From a virus: a stretch of DNA of 64,000 bases. The DNA lies in IMG/VR virus record IMGVR_UViG_3300035666_000005, positions 32,001-96,000 of that record; one strand, 5' to 3'. The notes under the pieces were generated by a model. The model was not told where the DNA came from. It saw nothing but the letters and a program-made list of their open reading frames with translations, and searched no databases. Below, in pieces: positions 18,318 through 29,100 of the stretch. The position numbers were made by a program, and so were the translations under genes. Positions within the stretch are counted from its first letter, which is position 1; each line of letters begins with the position of its first letter.

Positions 18318-19547
18318 TTACACATTTAAACCAATAAATATATTTTTTTCATAATTTCCTGTAAAAATATATTGATATTTAACTTCCCCTGGTTGGGTAT
18401 TACTAATATTCCAGCCACTTGTCGGTTGTAATGTTGGAATTAAAAAATCATGGTTAAAAAATTCTATAGAATAAAAAATATTTAAGCCCGAATTTAATTC
18501 ATTAATACAATTTAAAGACGGTAATAAAAACTTTTTAGAGCCCTGGTTTTCATAATATTGTTCTTCATAAATAAACGCATTTGGGTCATTTGGTGTAGAA
18601 TTAATTGGTATTTTTAAAAATTCTTTACCTGCTGGAATATATTCAATATAACTATTATCTGATTTTAATATATTAATTCTTGGTCGATTATTAAAATTTT
18701 TATCATATGGATAAAAATCATATACTAGAACATTATTAAAATTCCATGTTAAATTAATTTCTATTAATTGATCGCTTGGACAGCACAATAATTCTTTTGA
18801 AAAATTCGAAATATTTTTAATAAAAGATTGTGGACTAGTATTAAATATAGGTATGTCATATTCATAACCAATAGTTTTATTTTGAATCGTAATTTGTAAA
18901 TTATTATCATTTGTAGATGGATCTATATTAGAAGTTAAAATATCAATATTTTTTAAAGCGTCATGTTCGAATACAGAATTAAAAGTATTAATGTTAATTA
19001 AAATTGGTTTTTTTTGTATAGCATCGCTAATTTCAATATTAAAATTAGCTACAGAACTTTTAAAAAAATAATTTTCTTGAGTTCTAACTATAATAGTTGC
19101 AGAGCCGATAAATTTAGGAATTAATTCATAATTTTTATTATCAATTTGAATTATTTCTAGAATTTCCGGATTTGAAGATGTTACGTTTTTATCTAAATTT
19201 TCAACAGTATTAATTGTTAAAGTTCTTTGGTTAATTGTAGAAAAAGCTAAATTAAGTATGTTAGGGCCTATAAAGTTAATAGGTGGTAAAGATTTATTTA
19301 CAGTTATTAATCTCTCAATCTGACCAGAATAAAAATTATTAGTTTCTAACTGGGATATAATAATAAAAGCTTTACCAGGACCAGTAATTGTAACGATACC
19401 GTCTTGATCAACTGTAAAAATCGAAGGATCTGAAGATTCATATATAAAAATACCATCACTATTAGATTGAGCATCTAATTTAAATTCTGGAGATAAAAAT
19501 TCTTTTTCTGGTATACAGTCAATATTAATATAAGTAGTATTTTTCAT
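18318..19547 (-). CDS. Ig-like (Big_2) domain structural protein
   Basis: SSDPSIFTVDQDGIVTITGPGKAFI and SSNPEILEI...GSATIIV. Confidence 0.7.
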   Translation of the reverse strand: MKNTTYINIDCIPEKEFLSPEFKLDAQSNSDGIFIYESSDPSIFTVDQDGIVTITGPGKAFIIISQLETNNFYSGQIERLITVNKSLPPINFIGPNILNLAFSTINQRTLTINTVENLDKNVTSSNPEILEIIQIDNKNYELIPKFIGSATIIVRTQENYFFKSSVANFNIEISDAIQKKPILININTFNSVFEHDALKNIDILTSNIDPSTNDNNLQITIQNKTIGYEYDIPIFNTSPQSFIKNISNFSKELLCCPSDQLIEINLTWNFNNVLVYDFYPYDKNFNNRPRINILKSDNSYIEYIPAGKEFLKIPINSTPNDPNAFIYEEQYYENQGSKKFLLPSLNCINELNSGLNIFYSIEFFNHDFLIPTLQPTSGWNISNTQPGEVKYQYIFTGNYEKNIFIGLNV

Positions 19548-19560
19548 TTTTCAAAATTCT

Positions 19561-21942
19561 TTAACATCCGCCATTCCAATACGTATCTATGTATTGTTCG
19601 ACAAGAGCTTTCGAATAATATGTGCTGGATGCATCAAATGCCGCATTATAATCCCAGAAATTCGAGTTGCTACCCATTAATTGGAATTTAAGAGCGGCAG
19701 CATTTGCTCGTAATTGAAACAACGTTTCTGAATTATTTCCGCCGTAACCGTCGTAATTATTCCTAGCGAGAACAAATTTTGTTGCTAAAGCCATTCCAGC
19801 CCCTTTACGATCTGTTTGAGGAACGAACGCTTCCATCATATTATATATCGAAATCTCTTCGGTTATGTTTGTCGTAAACATAAATCTATAAGCTGGAGGC
19901 GTTGGGGTTAATGAACTGTTGTTGTCCATCCACGGAATAAATGCAAGATTAGTAAGCCCGTTAACGCCGGGATGCACAATTTCGAAATTGGGAAGATTTA
20001 TAACTTCTTGCAAACCAAGAGCCAATCCATAAGATGCGCCTTCTACACTAAGGAAATCCGCATAAGTACTAGTATACGGTAATTCTTGAGTATTTGACGA
20101 AAGCTTGTTAAGGAAGGAATTCACAAAGAATAAACTTGGAGTCATCGACAGTCTTGCGTAAGTTTGTAGAGCAATTCCCGCTGTCGATTGATAACCATTG
20201 AGATAAGAAAATTCTCCTTGCGCCGGATCTGACGGAACTGAGTTTGTGTATCCCATGATATTCATTACCATATCTGCCCGATTACTTATTGGCGCAAGCG
20301 TTTGACCAGGAGACGTACTCGCACCGAGTATTGCAGACCATGTAACAAATTCTTGGTTTGTTGGTTGTCGATAAAGTAAGAGCGAGAACATGTCTGCAAT
20401 AAATCTTGCATTGCTGCATGGTACATAATTATTTCCTATAGAAGACGAAGATGAAGACGATCCGACAAAATTTGAAGAAGATGAAGATGATTGGGTTATA
20501 GAAGAAGAACTACTAGAAGAACTACTTGAAAAAGATAAAATCTGAGTTTCGTGTAATAAAAATGCAGCCCCATTTGAATTTGTATTATTATTTAAACTGG
20601 AATAAGCTCCCACAACAACCGCGTTACTATTTTCATCAATAGAAATTGAACTACCCAAACCTGAAAAAGAAGATGGGCATTTTGATTCATTATAACCAAT
20701 TTTACCACTAAATTGAAAATTATTACCAGTATAAATAAATATAGAATTTTCTTTAGGAGATCCAATATATATATTATTATTTTGTCCATTAAAACCAACA
20801 GAAGCCCCAAAATATGAAACCCCGGAAGATCCTGTTTTTGAAAAAATATTGTCCCAGTTATTTAAGTTTTTTCTATATAATTTTACAATACCTGTTTTAT
20901 GGTAAGGATTACCAATTAAAATATTATTTCCAGATGTATCTACATCAATAAATTTATTAAAATTATAATTATAACTATTTTGAAAATTATCATAATTTAA
21001 ATTGAATGTATGCGTTTTATTTAAAATATTATTATTATAAGAATAAACATGAAAATATTCATTCTCTGCGATAACAATCAAATTCCCACTATTTATTTTG
21101 ACACATTTTCCAAAATAACCAAAATTATTTAAACCAGTTAAAGTGTGAGATAATTGCCAATTATTACTTATGTTTCTATATAAATAAACTTTTCCTCCGG
21201 TAATATTATTTATACCTACATCTGTAGGTGCGCCGATTATTAAAATACTTCCATTATTATTTAAGTCCAAAGAATACCCAAACTGAGAAAATGGAGCTCC
21301 ATTACCAGTTAAACTTGTTATTAATTGACCAGTTGGAGAATTCCCAGTTTGAAAAGAAAATATATGAGCAGCACCATGTCCATAGTTGAAAGGTTTCTCT
21401 ATATAAGAATCAATATTAGAGTAAAAAGGTTCCCCAATTGCAATAATATTATTATCATTAATGGCAACACTTTTTCCGAATTCTCCAAAATTAGTTATTT
21501 TAGGACTTATGAATTCATATTTTTTCCAGTAATCTTGATGTTTAAAATAATACCATGCAATACCAACATTTTTTCTAGGATAATCTATAATCTTATCAGT
21601 TTTATGCGCGCCAATTATAATTCCAGATCCAGATTTATTAGTGTCTGTAGACCACCCAAAATTTGCATAAGATAATGTTTTATCGAAATCAGTTATACTA
21701 AAAATATTATCATTCGGAAATAATTTAGCTCCGATAAAAGGCTCTGTTAAACAAACATTTGGTTTCTCACAATCTATCCCAATGAATATATTTTTAAAAT
21801 CATTTTGATATTCAACAGATGTTATATAATATTGACCACTAAAATTATCATTATTATTAATAAGTATTTTTTCCCCAACAGTATATCTAACTGTAGATGG
21901 AATATTTGGATTCAAATAAGATAATTTAATAATTTTGCTCAT
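19561..21942 (-). CDS. tail/adhesin protein: FG-GAP-like propeller, Ser linker, DUF4214-like duplicated domain
   Basis: repeats FGxS...IIGAP...GxVY; poly-Ser about 20440-20530; C-terminal domain paralogous to 22890-23785. Confidence 0.7.
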   Translation of the reverse strand: MSKIIKLSYLNPNIPSTVRYTVGEKILINNNDNFSGQYYITSVEYQNDFKNIFIGIDCEKPNVCLTEPFIGAKLFPNDNIFSITDFDKTLSYANFGWSTDTNKSGSGIIIGAHKTDKIIDYPRKNVGIAWYYFKHQDYWKKYEFISPKITNFGEFGKSVAINDNNIIAIGEPFYSNIDSYIEKPFNYGHGAAHIFSFQTGNSPTGQLITSLTGNGAPFSQFGYSLDLNNNGSILIIGAPTDVGINNITGGKVYLYRNISNNWQLSHTLTGLNNFGYFGKCVKINSGNLIVIAENEYFHVYSYNNNILNKTHTFNLNYDNFQNSYNYNFNKFIDVDTSGNNILIGNPYHKTGIVKLYRKNLNNWDNIFSKTGSSGVSYFGASVGFNGQNNNIYIGSPKENSIFIYTGNNFQFSGKIGYNESKCPSSFSGLGSSISIDENSNAVVVGAYSSLNNNTNSNGAAFLLHETQILSFSSSSSSSSSSITQSSSSSSNFVGSSSSSSSIGNNYVPCSNARFIADMFSLLLYRQPTNQEFVTWSAILGASTSPGQTLAPISNRADMVMNIMGYTNSVPSDPAQGEFSYLNGYQSTAGIALQTYARLSMTPSLFFVNSFLNKLSSNTQELPYTSTYADFLSVEGASYGLALGLQEVINLPNFEIVHPGVNGLTNLAFIPWMDNNSSLTPTPPAYRFMFTTNITEEISIYNMMEAFVPQTDRKGAGMALATKFVLARNNYDGYGGNNSETLFQLRANAAALKFQLMGSNSNFWDYNAAFDASSTYYSKALVEQYIDTYWNGGC
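20252..20313. repeat. 62-nt exact repeat (second copy 23619-23680) within a longer duplicated domain
   Basis: CCCATGATATTCATTACC...GACCAGGAGA is identical in both genes, and similarity continues on both sides. Confidence 0.9.
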
Positions 21943-21946
21943 AATA

Positions 21947-24900
21947 TTATTTTATACTAATATCTTCCCATCCAGCTGAAGAAGTTGCAGTTAAACGCCA
22001 AGTTTCACCAAAATCTTCTGATAATAATACAGATAAACCATTTCTACCGACAGCTATATATTTACCGTCAGAACTAATTGCCACAGTACCATATCTTTCT
22101 AAATCAAAAGTTGGTTGTAATTTTTGAGTCCATGTTTGACCATAATCACTAGAAATATATATACCTCGATCTGAATTTTGATATACGGCTGCCGCTTGAT
22201 ATCTACCATCTCCTCCTACGCTAACATCATACCACGTACGAACAGAGTCTTTATTAAACCATGTAACACCAAAATTATTCGATACTAATAATTGGCTATT
22301 TATACCCGCTACTGTTTGATATTGACCATTATCACTCATCGAAACACGAAACCAAGAACCGGCGCCAATTACTTCAGTCCATGTTTGGCCATAATCATTT
22401 GAAACATATATGCCTTTACAATTATTGCAAGGTCCGCCAGTAAAGGATACAACCGTAATATAACGACCATTATTACTTATAGCCACATCTGTCCAATTAC
22501 CTGCTAATTTAGACACCCATGTTTGGCCAAAATCGGTTGATACAATAAGCTCGGGATTAGGATCTACGAAAGAACTTCCAAAAATGGGGTCCTCCCGACT
22601 ACTAAGTAAAGCTGCTTGATATTTACCATTAGCACTAATAGCAATAGACTGACAACCACGATTTTGACCATTAAAAGAGACCGGAGACCAAGCTACTCCA
22701 GAATTATTTGATATAAATATTTTATTAGGGTAATCTGCAACTACTTGATATCTACCTTTGCTACTAATATCAATACCCCTTAATCCAGAATAAGGATAAT
22801 TATTTGTTCTATCTACCCATGTAGTTCCATAATCATAAGAAGTATAAATAAGATTAGAAGATATTGCAGACATAAATTGACCATCAGAAGGGCAAAAATC
22901 ATCCCAATAAATTTGTAAATATTCCTCAACAAGAGTTTTTGAGTAATACGTATTAGAAATTTCAAAAGCGGCGTTATAATCCCAAGAATTTGAATCACTA
23001 CCATTTAATTGGAATTTTAGTGCCGCAGCATTCGCTCGTAATTGAAATTCCATTTCTGAAGTTCCTCCGATTGGGAATGCTAGAGGGTCTGGGCCATTAA
23101 CAAAATTATTTCTTGCAAGAATATATTTCATTGCGTACGCCATTCCCGCCCCCTGTTTAGATGTTTGCGGGACGAAAGTAGTCATTAATAACTGAATTGG
23201 TTCGGCACCACATAAAGTTGTGGTAAACATGTAACGATAAGTTGGAAGGGTCGGCGCTGGTAAAAGATTAGCATTAGCATCGAGCCCCATCATCCATAAA
23301 ATAAATTGATTATTCGGTAAACTTCTTACCCCAGGATGTCTAGTTTCAAAAATCGGCAGATCTATAATTTCTTGTAGCCCAGAAATTAAACCGTAAGATG
23401 CACCCCATGGAGCGTTATTCACCCCACAAAAAGTTCCTGGCAATGGCAGTATTTCAGTATTAGAACGAAGCTTGTTTAAGAAAGAATTGACAAAAAATGA
23501 GCTTGGCGTTATTGAAAGTCTCGCGTAGGTTTGTAATGCAATCCCCGCAGTTGATTGATAGTCACCAAGATAAGAAAATCTTCCAGAGACTGCATTTCCA
23601 GGGCTTGGGTTTGAATACCCCATGATATTCATTACCATATCTGCCCGATTACTTATTGGCGCAAGCGTTTGACCAGGAGATGTACTGGCACCGAGTATTG
23701 CCGACCACGTAATAAACTCTTCATTTGTCGGTTGTCGATAAAGTAACAGCGAGAACATGTCTGCAATAAATTGTGCGTTATCACATCTTCTTAAAGAAGA
23801 ACTACTTGAAGAAGTGAAAGACGAAGAAGACGAAGAACTAAATATCGTAGATGAAGAGGATGAAGAGGATGAAGATAATATTAAATCTATATCACATATA
23901 TAAAATTCTGAAGATGTATTAAAACCATCACTAGTAAATATAGATTGAGTATCTAATGAAATAATATTTCCAGAACTTTCAATTGAGGATAATTTTCGAG
24001 GCCAATGAGAAAAACATCCAGACCAACAATCTTGAACATCGGTTCCTCTAAAATTATAAAAATTTGGAGGTTCTATTGTAAATCCTATTATGGTAGTATC
24101 ACATGGATATAATATATTACATTCTATGTCTATATCTGTTATTGAAGGCGGAATACCAGAATCAAAAACTCTAAACGTATTTAAAGATAGAAAATTTTCT
24201 TCCCATCCGCCGCCATTATACTGCGCAAAAGCAGAAATACCATTTAAATTCCCTTTTTGTTCATAACCTGATGGTAATTCAAAACCAATACCTTCAAAAA
24301 GATTATAAAATTTTCCACTTCCGGAAGAAGTTTGTCCAAGTCTCGAAATTCTAGTACGCCCACCAGTAGGATGTCCAGGATATAATTGATAACTACCACT
24401 AGCTATTTGAAAAAAACTATTTTCAAAAAATTTCTCTTCTCCAGATAATGGTTGGATAACAAATCCAGAATATTGGAAAAAATAAATGTCGTCGTTACTA
24501 AAACATAAATTTTTACCAACAAACTCTGGGATATCTGTTATTGGTAATTGGCCAGGAATTACAGGATTACAAAAATCTAAACCAGTTACTAAAGAAACTT
24601 TTCCACTAAAATTTCCACTTGTTATTTCATAAATAGGTTCTCCCTTAATTGGGTCAAAACCTTTGCCACTAACATCCCAATTAAGAAAAGATTCTCCAGT
24701 AATTATTCCGACATGAGATTTAGAGATATTCCAAATACCAGGTTCAAAATTAAATTGATAATCTCCAATTAATTTGCCACTAATTCTGGACCCAGTTGCA
24801 AAAGCAGCTCCTGTAATATTAAAAAATCCACTAATCTTACCCGTTACAAAAATTAATGGAGATATTAAATTAATATTTTCATAATCAGAAGGATCAAACT

Positions 24901-26269
24901 CAACAAATATATCTCCCGTATTTATGAAAAATTTCGAAACCAAGCCGGTTTTTAAACCAGTTTTGTATTCATATACAAAAGAATATTGAGAACATATTGA
25001 ATTACTTGGATTCGCATTACAAATTGTATTGTAATTTTCTTCGCTAATCGGTGGTGGAACAAAATTACCATTTGTATCTAAATACCACCCCCTTCTTTCA
25101 TCTGGTACTATACCAGTAACGATTCCAGAAAAAAATCCTGTTAAAAATCCACCGTTAAAATTTAAAAATCCTGTATATAAAATATCAGGTTGAAAACCTT
25201 TTGCACCTATATTTGTTAATGTAAAAATATTGCCTAAACCAGAACCTAATACAGTATAATTTTTTTCAATATATTGGTCCTCAGCAACTTTAAACTCTCT
25301 TACAATACCAGATCCCGTTCCATATTCATAATAATTTCTTAAAAGGTTAAAACCACTTACGAAACCTGACACATTACTAGATAAAAATCCACTTCCCGTA
25401 ATAAATCCAGAAACATTTTGATTAGTAACAAAAGCTGTCCTTTGAACATTCCTATAATAATCCCCAGTTAAGCCACTAATATATTTTAATTGTATTGATA
25501 AATTAGCAGAATCAGCATTTCTAAAAACTATATTATAATCTTTATAATAATTATTTTCTACATACAAAATATTCGGACCAAATGACAAATAATAAGTTTC
25601 ATCTTCAAGTCGTATTCCAGATAAAGTGACACGTAATTCTTGAGTACCAAAATCTGTATCTAAAATAATATTTGTATTAGATAAACTAATTATATTATTT
25701 CTATTTATTAAATAAAAATATCCTGAATTATTTTGCTCTATACTTAAATTATTGAGCCCAGTTACAGTAAAATTATTATTAGTTACTATACCAGAAAAAA
25801 TTGTAAAATTATAATCACTATTATTAATAATATTGATTTTTATTAATTCACCAGATCGATAAGAAACCTTTTCGTCATAGAAATATTCTGGGGTATCACC
25901 TAAAATACTTAAATTTAAAAAATTAACGTTTTGGCTGCCAATTGAATTTAAACTAAAACCAGTAATTTTATCATAATTTTGAATTGGAAGTCCAAGATAT
26001 AAAGGGTTAGCATTATTATATAAATCAATTCTATTATTAGAAATATTCCCAGATAAATTTAAATTTGAGTTAGTTTCATAACTTCCGATAAAATCGCCAC
26101 TAGGAGAATAAATTTTTCTATTTTCAATCGAAAAAATATTAAAAATATTGCCGCTATTCGAATGAAAATTAAAATTAAAAATACCCGTAGATACAGGTCT
26201 TAAATTGAATAACCAATTAACCGTATCTTGTGGGTATATATACCGAAACCTTGTACCAGATATTAACAT
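21947..26269 (-). CDS. large tail/adhesin protein: Ser linker, DUF4214-like duplicated domain, Asp-box (BNR) beta-propeller
   Basis: SxDxGxTW repeats at the C-terminus; poly-Ser about 23795-23875; GTGTAA element upstream. Confidence 0.7.
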   Translation of the reverse strand: MLISGTRFRYIYPQDTVNWLFNLRPVSTGIFNFNFHSNSGNIFNIFSIENRKIYSPSGDFIGSYETNSNLNLSGNISNNRIDLYNNANPLYLGLPIQNYDKITGFSLNSIGSQNVNFLNLSILGDTPEYFYDEKVSYRSGELIKINIINNSDYNFTIFSGIVTNNNFTVTGLNNLSIEQNNSGYFYLINRNNIISLSNTNIILDTDFGTQELRVTLSGIRLEDETYYLSFGPNILYVENNYYKDYNIVFRNADSANLSIQLKYISGLTGDYYRNVQRTAFVTNQNVSGFITGSGFLSSNVSGFVSGFNLLRNYYEYGTGSGIVREFKVAEDQYIEKNYTVLGSGLGNIFTLTNIGAKGFQPDILYTGFLNFNGGFLTGFFSGIVTGIVPDERRGWYLDTNGNFVPPPISEENYNTICNANPSNSICSQYSFVYEYKTGLKTGLVSKFFINTGDIFVEFDPSDYENINLISPLIFVTGKISGFFNITGAAFATGSRISGKLIGDYQFNFEPGIWNISKSHVGIITGESFLNWDVSGKGFDPIKGEPIYEITSGNFSGKVSLVTGLDFCNPVIPGQLPITDIPEFVGKNLCFSNDDIYFFQYSGFVIQPLSGEEKFFENSFFQIASGSYQLYPGHPTGGRTRISRLGQTSSGSGKFYNLFEGIGFELPSGYEQKGNLNGISAFAQYNGGGWEENFLSLNTFRVFDSGIPPSITDIDIECNILYPCDTTIIGFTIEPPNFYNFRGTDVQDCWSGCFSHWPRKLSSIESSGNIISLDTQSIFTSDGFNTSSEFYICDIDLILSSSSSSSSSTIFSSSSSSSFTSSSSSSLRRCDNAQFIADMFSLLLYRQPTNEEFITWSAILGASTSPGQTLAPISNRADMVMNIMGYSNPSPGNAVSGRFSYLGDYQSTAGIALQTYARLSITPSSFFVNSFLNKLRSNTEILPLPGTFCGVNNAPWGASYGLISGLQEIIDLPIFETRHPGVRSLPNNQFILWMMGLDANANLLPAPTLPTYRYMFTTTLCGAEPIQLLMTTFVPQTSKQGAGMAYAMKYILARNNFVNGPDPLAFPIGGTSEMEFQLRANAAALKFQLNGSDSNSWDYNAAFEISNTYYSKTLVEEYLQIYWDDFCPSDGQFMSAISSNLIYTSYDYGTTWVDRTNNYPYSGLRGIDISSKGRYQVVADYPNKIFISNNSGVAWSPVSFNGQNRGCQSIAISANGKYQAALLSSREDPIFGSSFVDPNPELIVSTDFGQTWVSKLAGNWTDVAISNNGRYITVVSFTGGPCNNCKGIYVSNDYGQTWTEVIGAGSWFRVSMSDNGQYQTVAGINSQLLVSNNFGVTWFNKDSVRTWYDVSVGGDGRYQAAAVYQNSDRGIYISSDYGQTWTQKLQPTFDLERYGTVAISSDGKYIAVGRNGLSVLLSEDFGETWRLTATSSAGWEDISIK

Positions 26270-26302
26270 CTTCTAATTATTACACATAATTGTTAATATC
26301 AA

Positions 26303-29095
26303 TTAGACGTTTCTAACGGCTTTTTCATATTTTCTAAGATTAGTTTTATTAATAGGAGATATAGAGCCACTATTTTTTGCCTGTTTAATAGGAATAAAAT
26401 TTCTTAAATTTTGTTTTAATATATCAATACTTGGTGGAGAAATAATTTTATCTTCTAATACATAATCTGTAAAAACTCCATTATCTGTGACACTAATTGA
26501 CACAGTAGACAAACCATCTTCTAATCCATAAGATGAAGAAAAAACGCCTGCTGACCTAAAAGATGCTCTATTTTGCACTTCAGTCATACTATAGCGTGTA
26601 AATTCGTTAGCTTTGGACATGTATTGTTCGATAGATTTTTTATCTACTTGGCAATCTGCTCTTGAAGAATTTCTTGATCCTTTATTATTCCTAAATATAT
26701 TTAAATTATCTTCATCAATTTGTTCATAATGATAAATAACTTTAGATGCTTTTCGAATATTTTCTGCGTCGTACTGTTGAACATATTCAATTTTTGGAAA
26801 ATATATTTTAAAATTACTACTTGCTGTTGCAATTACATCATAACCTGTTGAGGACCCTTCTGGAGCCTCATCACCATAAAGAATTTCTGATGGTGCGCCA
26901 CTTGCAGTAGTTCTAGAAAATGATTCTACGGGAGTATGAATTATTATATCAGAATTTGCGCCAATTGTTAAAACAACATATTTAGCATCTTCTCCTAATC
27001 CATAGTTACATATTTCATTAATTTGAATTTCTCCAAAAATATCATGCTCTATTTCATTTTTTACTGGTTTTCGTTTAGATTCTTTTGGATGTTCTGTAGA
27101 ATTTTTAATATCAAATTGTACTTTATAAGCGTCTAAATTTCCTTTTCTCACTATATATAAACGAATTTGTGGATCATCTACTGCTTCTCTATATATATCA
27201 AAAAGAAGATCAGGCCGACCATCTCCTTGGGTAAATTTTGATGGTATTTGTCCTGCATACCAATCGAATAAGTCTTTATACCATTTTGCAAAGTCTTGTT
27301 CTGGTTCCCATTTTGGTTCCCGTTCGTGTAGTATAAAACCTTTTACTGTGAATTCTTTCTCCTCTGGATCATTAGAATATGTATCTAATTGGGTATCATA
27401 TTCGTCTTCCGCACTACTGATTTCATTATCTAAATTTGAAATAAAAGAACCTTCTTCATGACCAAAATCAAAAATACTTAAATTCTTTAATTGGGAATTT
27501 TTATAGTACCAACTACCATTTCCGTCAGGACCTTCTATTGTAACTTCTGTTCTTGAGTTAGATGCGTTAGGTATCGTCGTTTCATAGTCTTTTATCCAAT
27601 ACTTGCCCAAAAAATTTCGAGCCAATTCTGTTTCTCTATCTCGTTCTTTATTATATAAATCTTCATTAGATTTAGCAATGAAAAAGTAATAATTAGGATT
27701 ATCATCGGAACCTCTTGTTGTAGATCCGTTTAGACCTAAATTTAAAACATCTCTTTGTTCTTTAGATAACAAATCGCTTAGCCTTGCAAAATCAGCTCTA
27801 TCATCACTATTTTCGCTATCAGGACTTAAGACCTTTAGCACTTCCATATTTCCAAAAAAAGATAATGTTTTTGCTGGTAATTTTCCGGAAGAAGCTCCTT
27901 GCCCACTAGAAGCTTTTTGTTGTACAAATTCATCTAATTTAGAAGAGTCGAGAATACCATAATGATAAAACCAAAGTATTGCATCCCTCATTTCTAAAGA
28001 ATAATAACTTAAAGCAACAGCCAATTCTTTAGCTTCGAAATCTTTTAAATTGGAACCCTCTCCGCCAGACTCTCCGCCAGACTCTCCGCCAGACTCTCCG
28101 CCAGACTCTCCGCCAGACTCTCCGCCAGACTCTTCGTCAGACACTTGGCCGTCACCACTATCAAAAGACCCGTCTTCTGCAAGAGCACCAAGGGTCAAAC
28201 AATTTAAATTTTCTAAAGTTGATTGTTGACAAGTATAAGGCTCTACGTTTCCTTGTCTACTAAAATAACCAATAGATCCTTGTGTATAAGTATTCTCTAC
28301 CGTTCCTCCGTACTCTAAATCTATTAAATCATTATCACTTTTTAAAGTACTTTCAGGTGGAATATTTATTCTATTTTTTCTACTAATAAATTTTAGTTCG
28401 TTTTTAAATGGGTCCCAGAAAAACGCCAATCCTAAATCAGAACACCAGCTACTTAATACTTGCCTTAAAGGTCCGATATGATTAGATTTATATGAAGAAT
28501 AATTACTTGCATTAAAAGAACAATTAAAATTATTTGATATCGCTGAAATTAATTCATTAAAAGTATAATAGACTTCAAAAATACTAAATTCTGATAAAAC
28601 AGGGTCACAAGCATTCTCATATTTATTTGGAGGCATTTCGGGGCAAGGGTCGCATGGATCAACTTGACCATCAACTTCTTCATATTCAACCGTTGAGTCC
28701 AAATCTTGATCGCATGGATGATAAGCTTTTCCAAGAATTATTAAACGAGGAGCATTACGATTATTTTTATAACCCCATTTATTCTGTAAACCGACGTAAT
28801 AACGATCTAAATCAACACTTTGATCTGAGTAACTTAATTCTAATATTTTTCTATCAGGACTATTTTTGAGTTGATAAGAAGTTAAATAACCTTGAAATTT
28901 AAATTGTCCAATATCAATAGACTGTGGACGATCATATCCCAAACTAGATTGTGGATTTGCATAAACTCCCCGTTCATTAACAACGCTAATAGTTAATTTT
29001 GAAGGGCTATCGCCACCATTAAAAGACCAATTTACATCAAAAGGCATTCCACCAAAAAAATTTCCACGGATATTATTAACATTAATTACCTTCAT
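26303..29095 (-). CDS. putative baseplate hub / tail tip protein
   Basis: 930 aa downstream of the tape measure; N-terminal hub-like beta pattern; (SGGE)6 insert. Confidence 0.5.
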   Translation of the reverse strand: MKVINVNNIRGNFFGGMPFDVNWSFNGGDSPSKLTISVVNERGVYANPQSSLGYDRPQSIDIGQFKFQGYLTSYQLKNSPDRKILELSYSDQSVDLDRYYVGLQNKWGYKNNRNAPRLIILGKAYHPCDQDLDSTVEYEEVDGQVDPCDPCPEMPPNKYENACDPVLSEFSIFEVYYTFNELISAISNNFNCSFNASNYSSYKSNHIGPLRQVLSSWCSDLGLAFFWDPFKNELKFISRKNRINIPPESTLKSDNDLIDLEYGGTVENTYTQGSIGYFSRQGNVEPYTCQQSTLENLNCLTLGALAEDGSFDSGDGQVSDEESGGESGGESGGESGGESGGESGGEGSNLKDFEAKELAVALSYYSLEMRDAILWFYHYGILDSSKLDEFVQQKASSGQGASSGKLPAKTLSFFGNMEVLKVLSPDSENSDDRADFARLSDLLSKEQRDVLNLGLNGSTTRGSDDNPNYYFFIAKSNEDLYNKERDRETELARNFLGKYWIKDYETTIPNASNSRTEVTIEGPDGNGSWYYKNSQLKNLSIFDFGHEEGSFISNLDNEISSAEDEYDTQLDTYSNDPEEKEFTVKGFILHEREPKWEPEQDFAKWYKDLFDWYAGQIPSKFTQGDGRPDLLFDIYREAVDDPQIRLYIVRKGNLDAYKVQFDIKNSTEHPKESKRKPVKNEIEHDIFGEIQINEICNYGLGEDAKYVVLTIGANSDIIIHTPVESFSRTTASGAPSEILYGDEAPEGSSTGYDVIATASSNFKIYFPKIEYVQQYDAENIRKASKVIYHYEQIDEDNLNIFRNNKGSRNSSRADCQVDKKSIEQYMSKANEFTRYSMTEVQNRASFRSAGVFSSSYGLEDGLSTVSISVTDNGVFTDYVLEDKIISPPSIDILKQNLRNFIPIKQAKNSGSISPINKTNLRKYEKAVRNV
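28058..28129. repeat. perfect 12-nt tandem repeat x6 (CTCTCCGCCAGA) encoding (SGGE)6
   Basis: direct reading. Confidence 0.95.
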
Positions 29096-29100
29096 AATAT

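Noticed and set aside
19561-23785. Possible diversity-generating retroelement template/variable repeat pair
   Set aside because: Differences are mostly synonymous third-position changes rather than adenine-specific, both copies are coding, and no reverse transcriptase is in the window.
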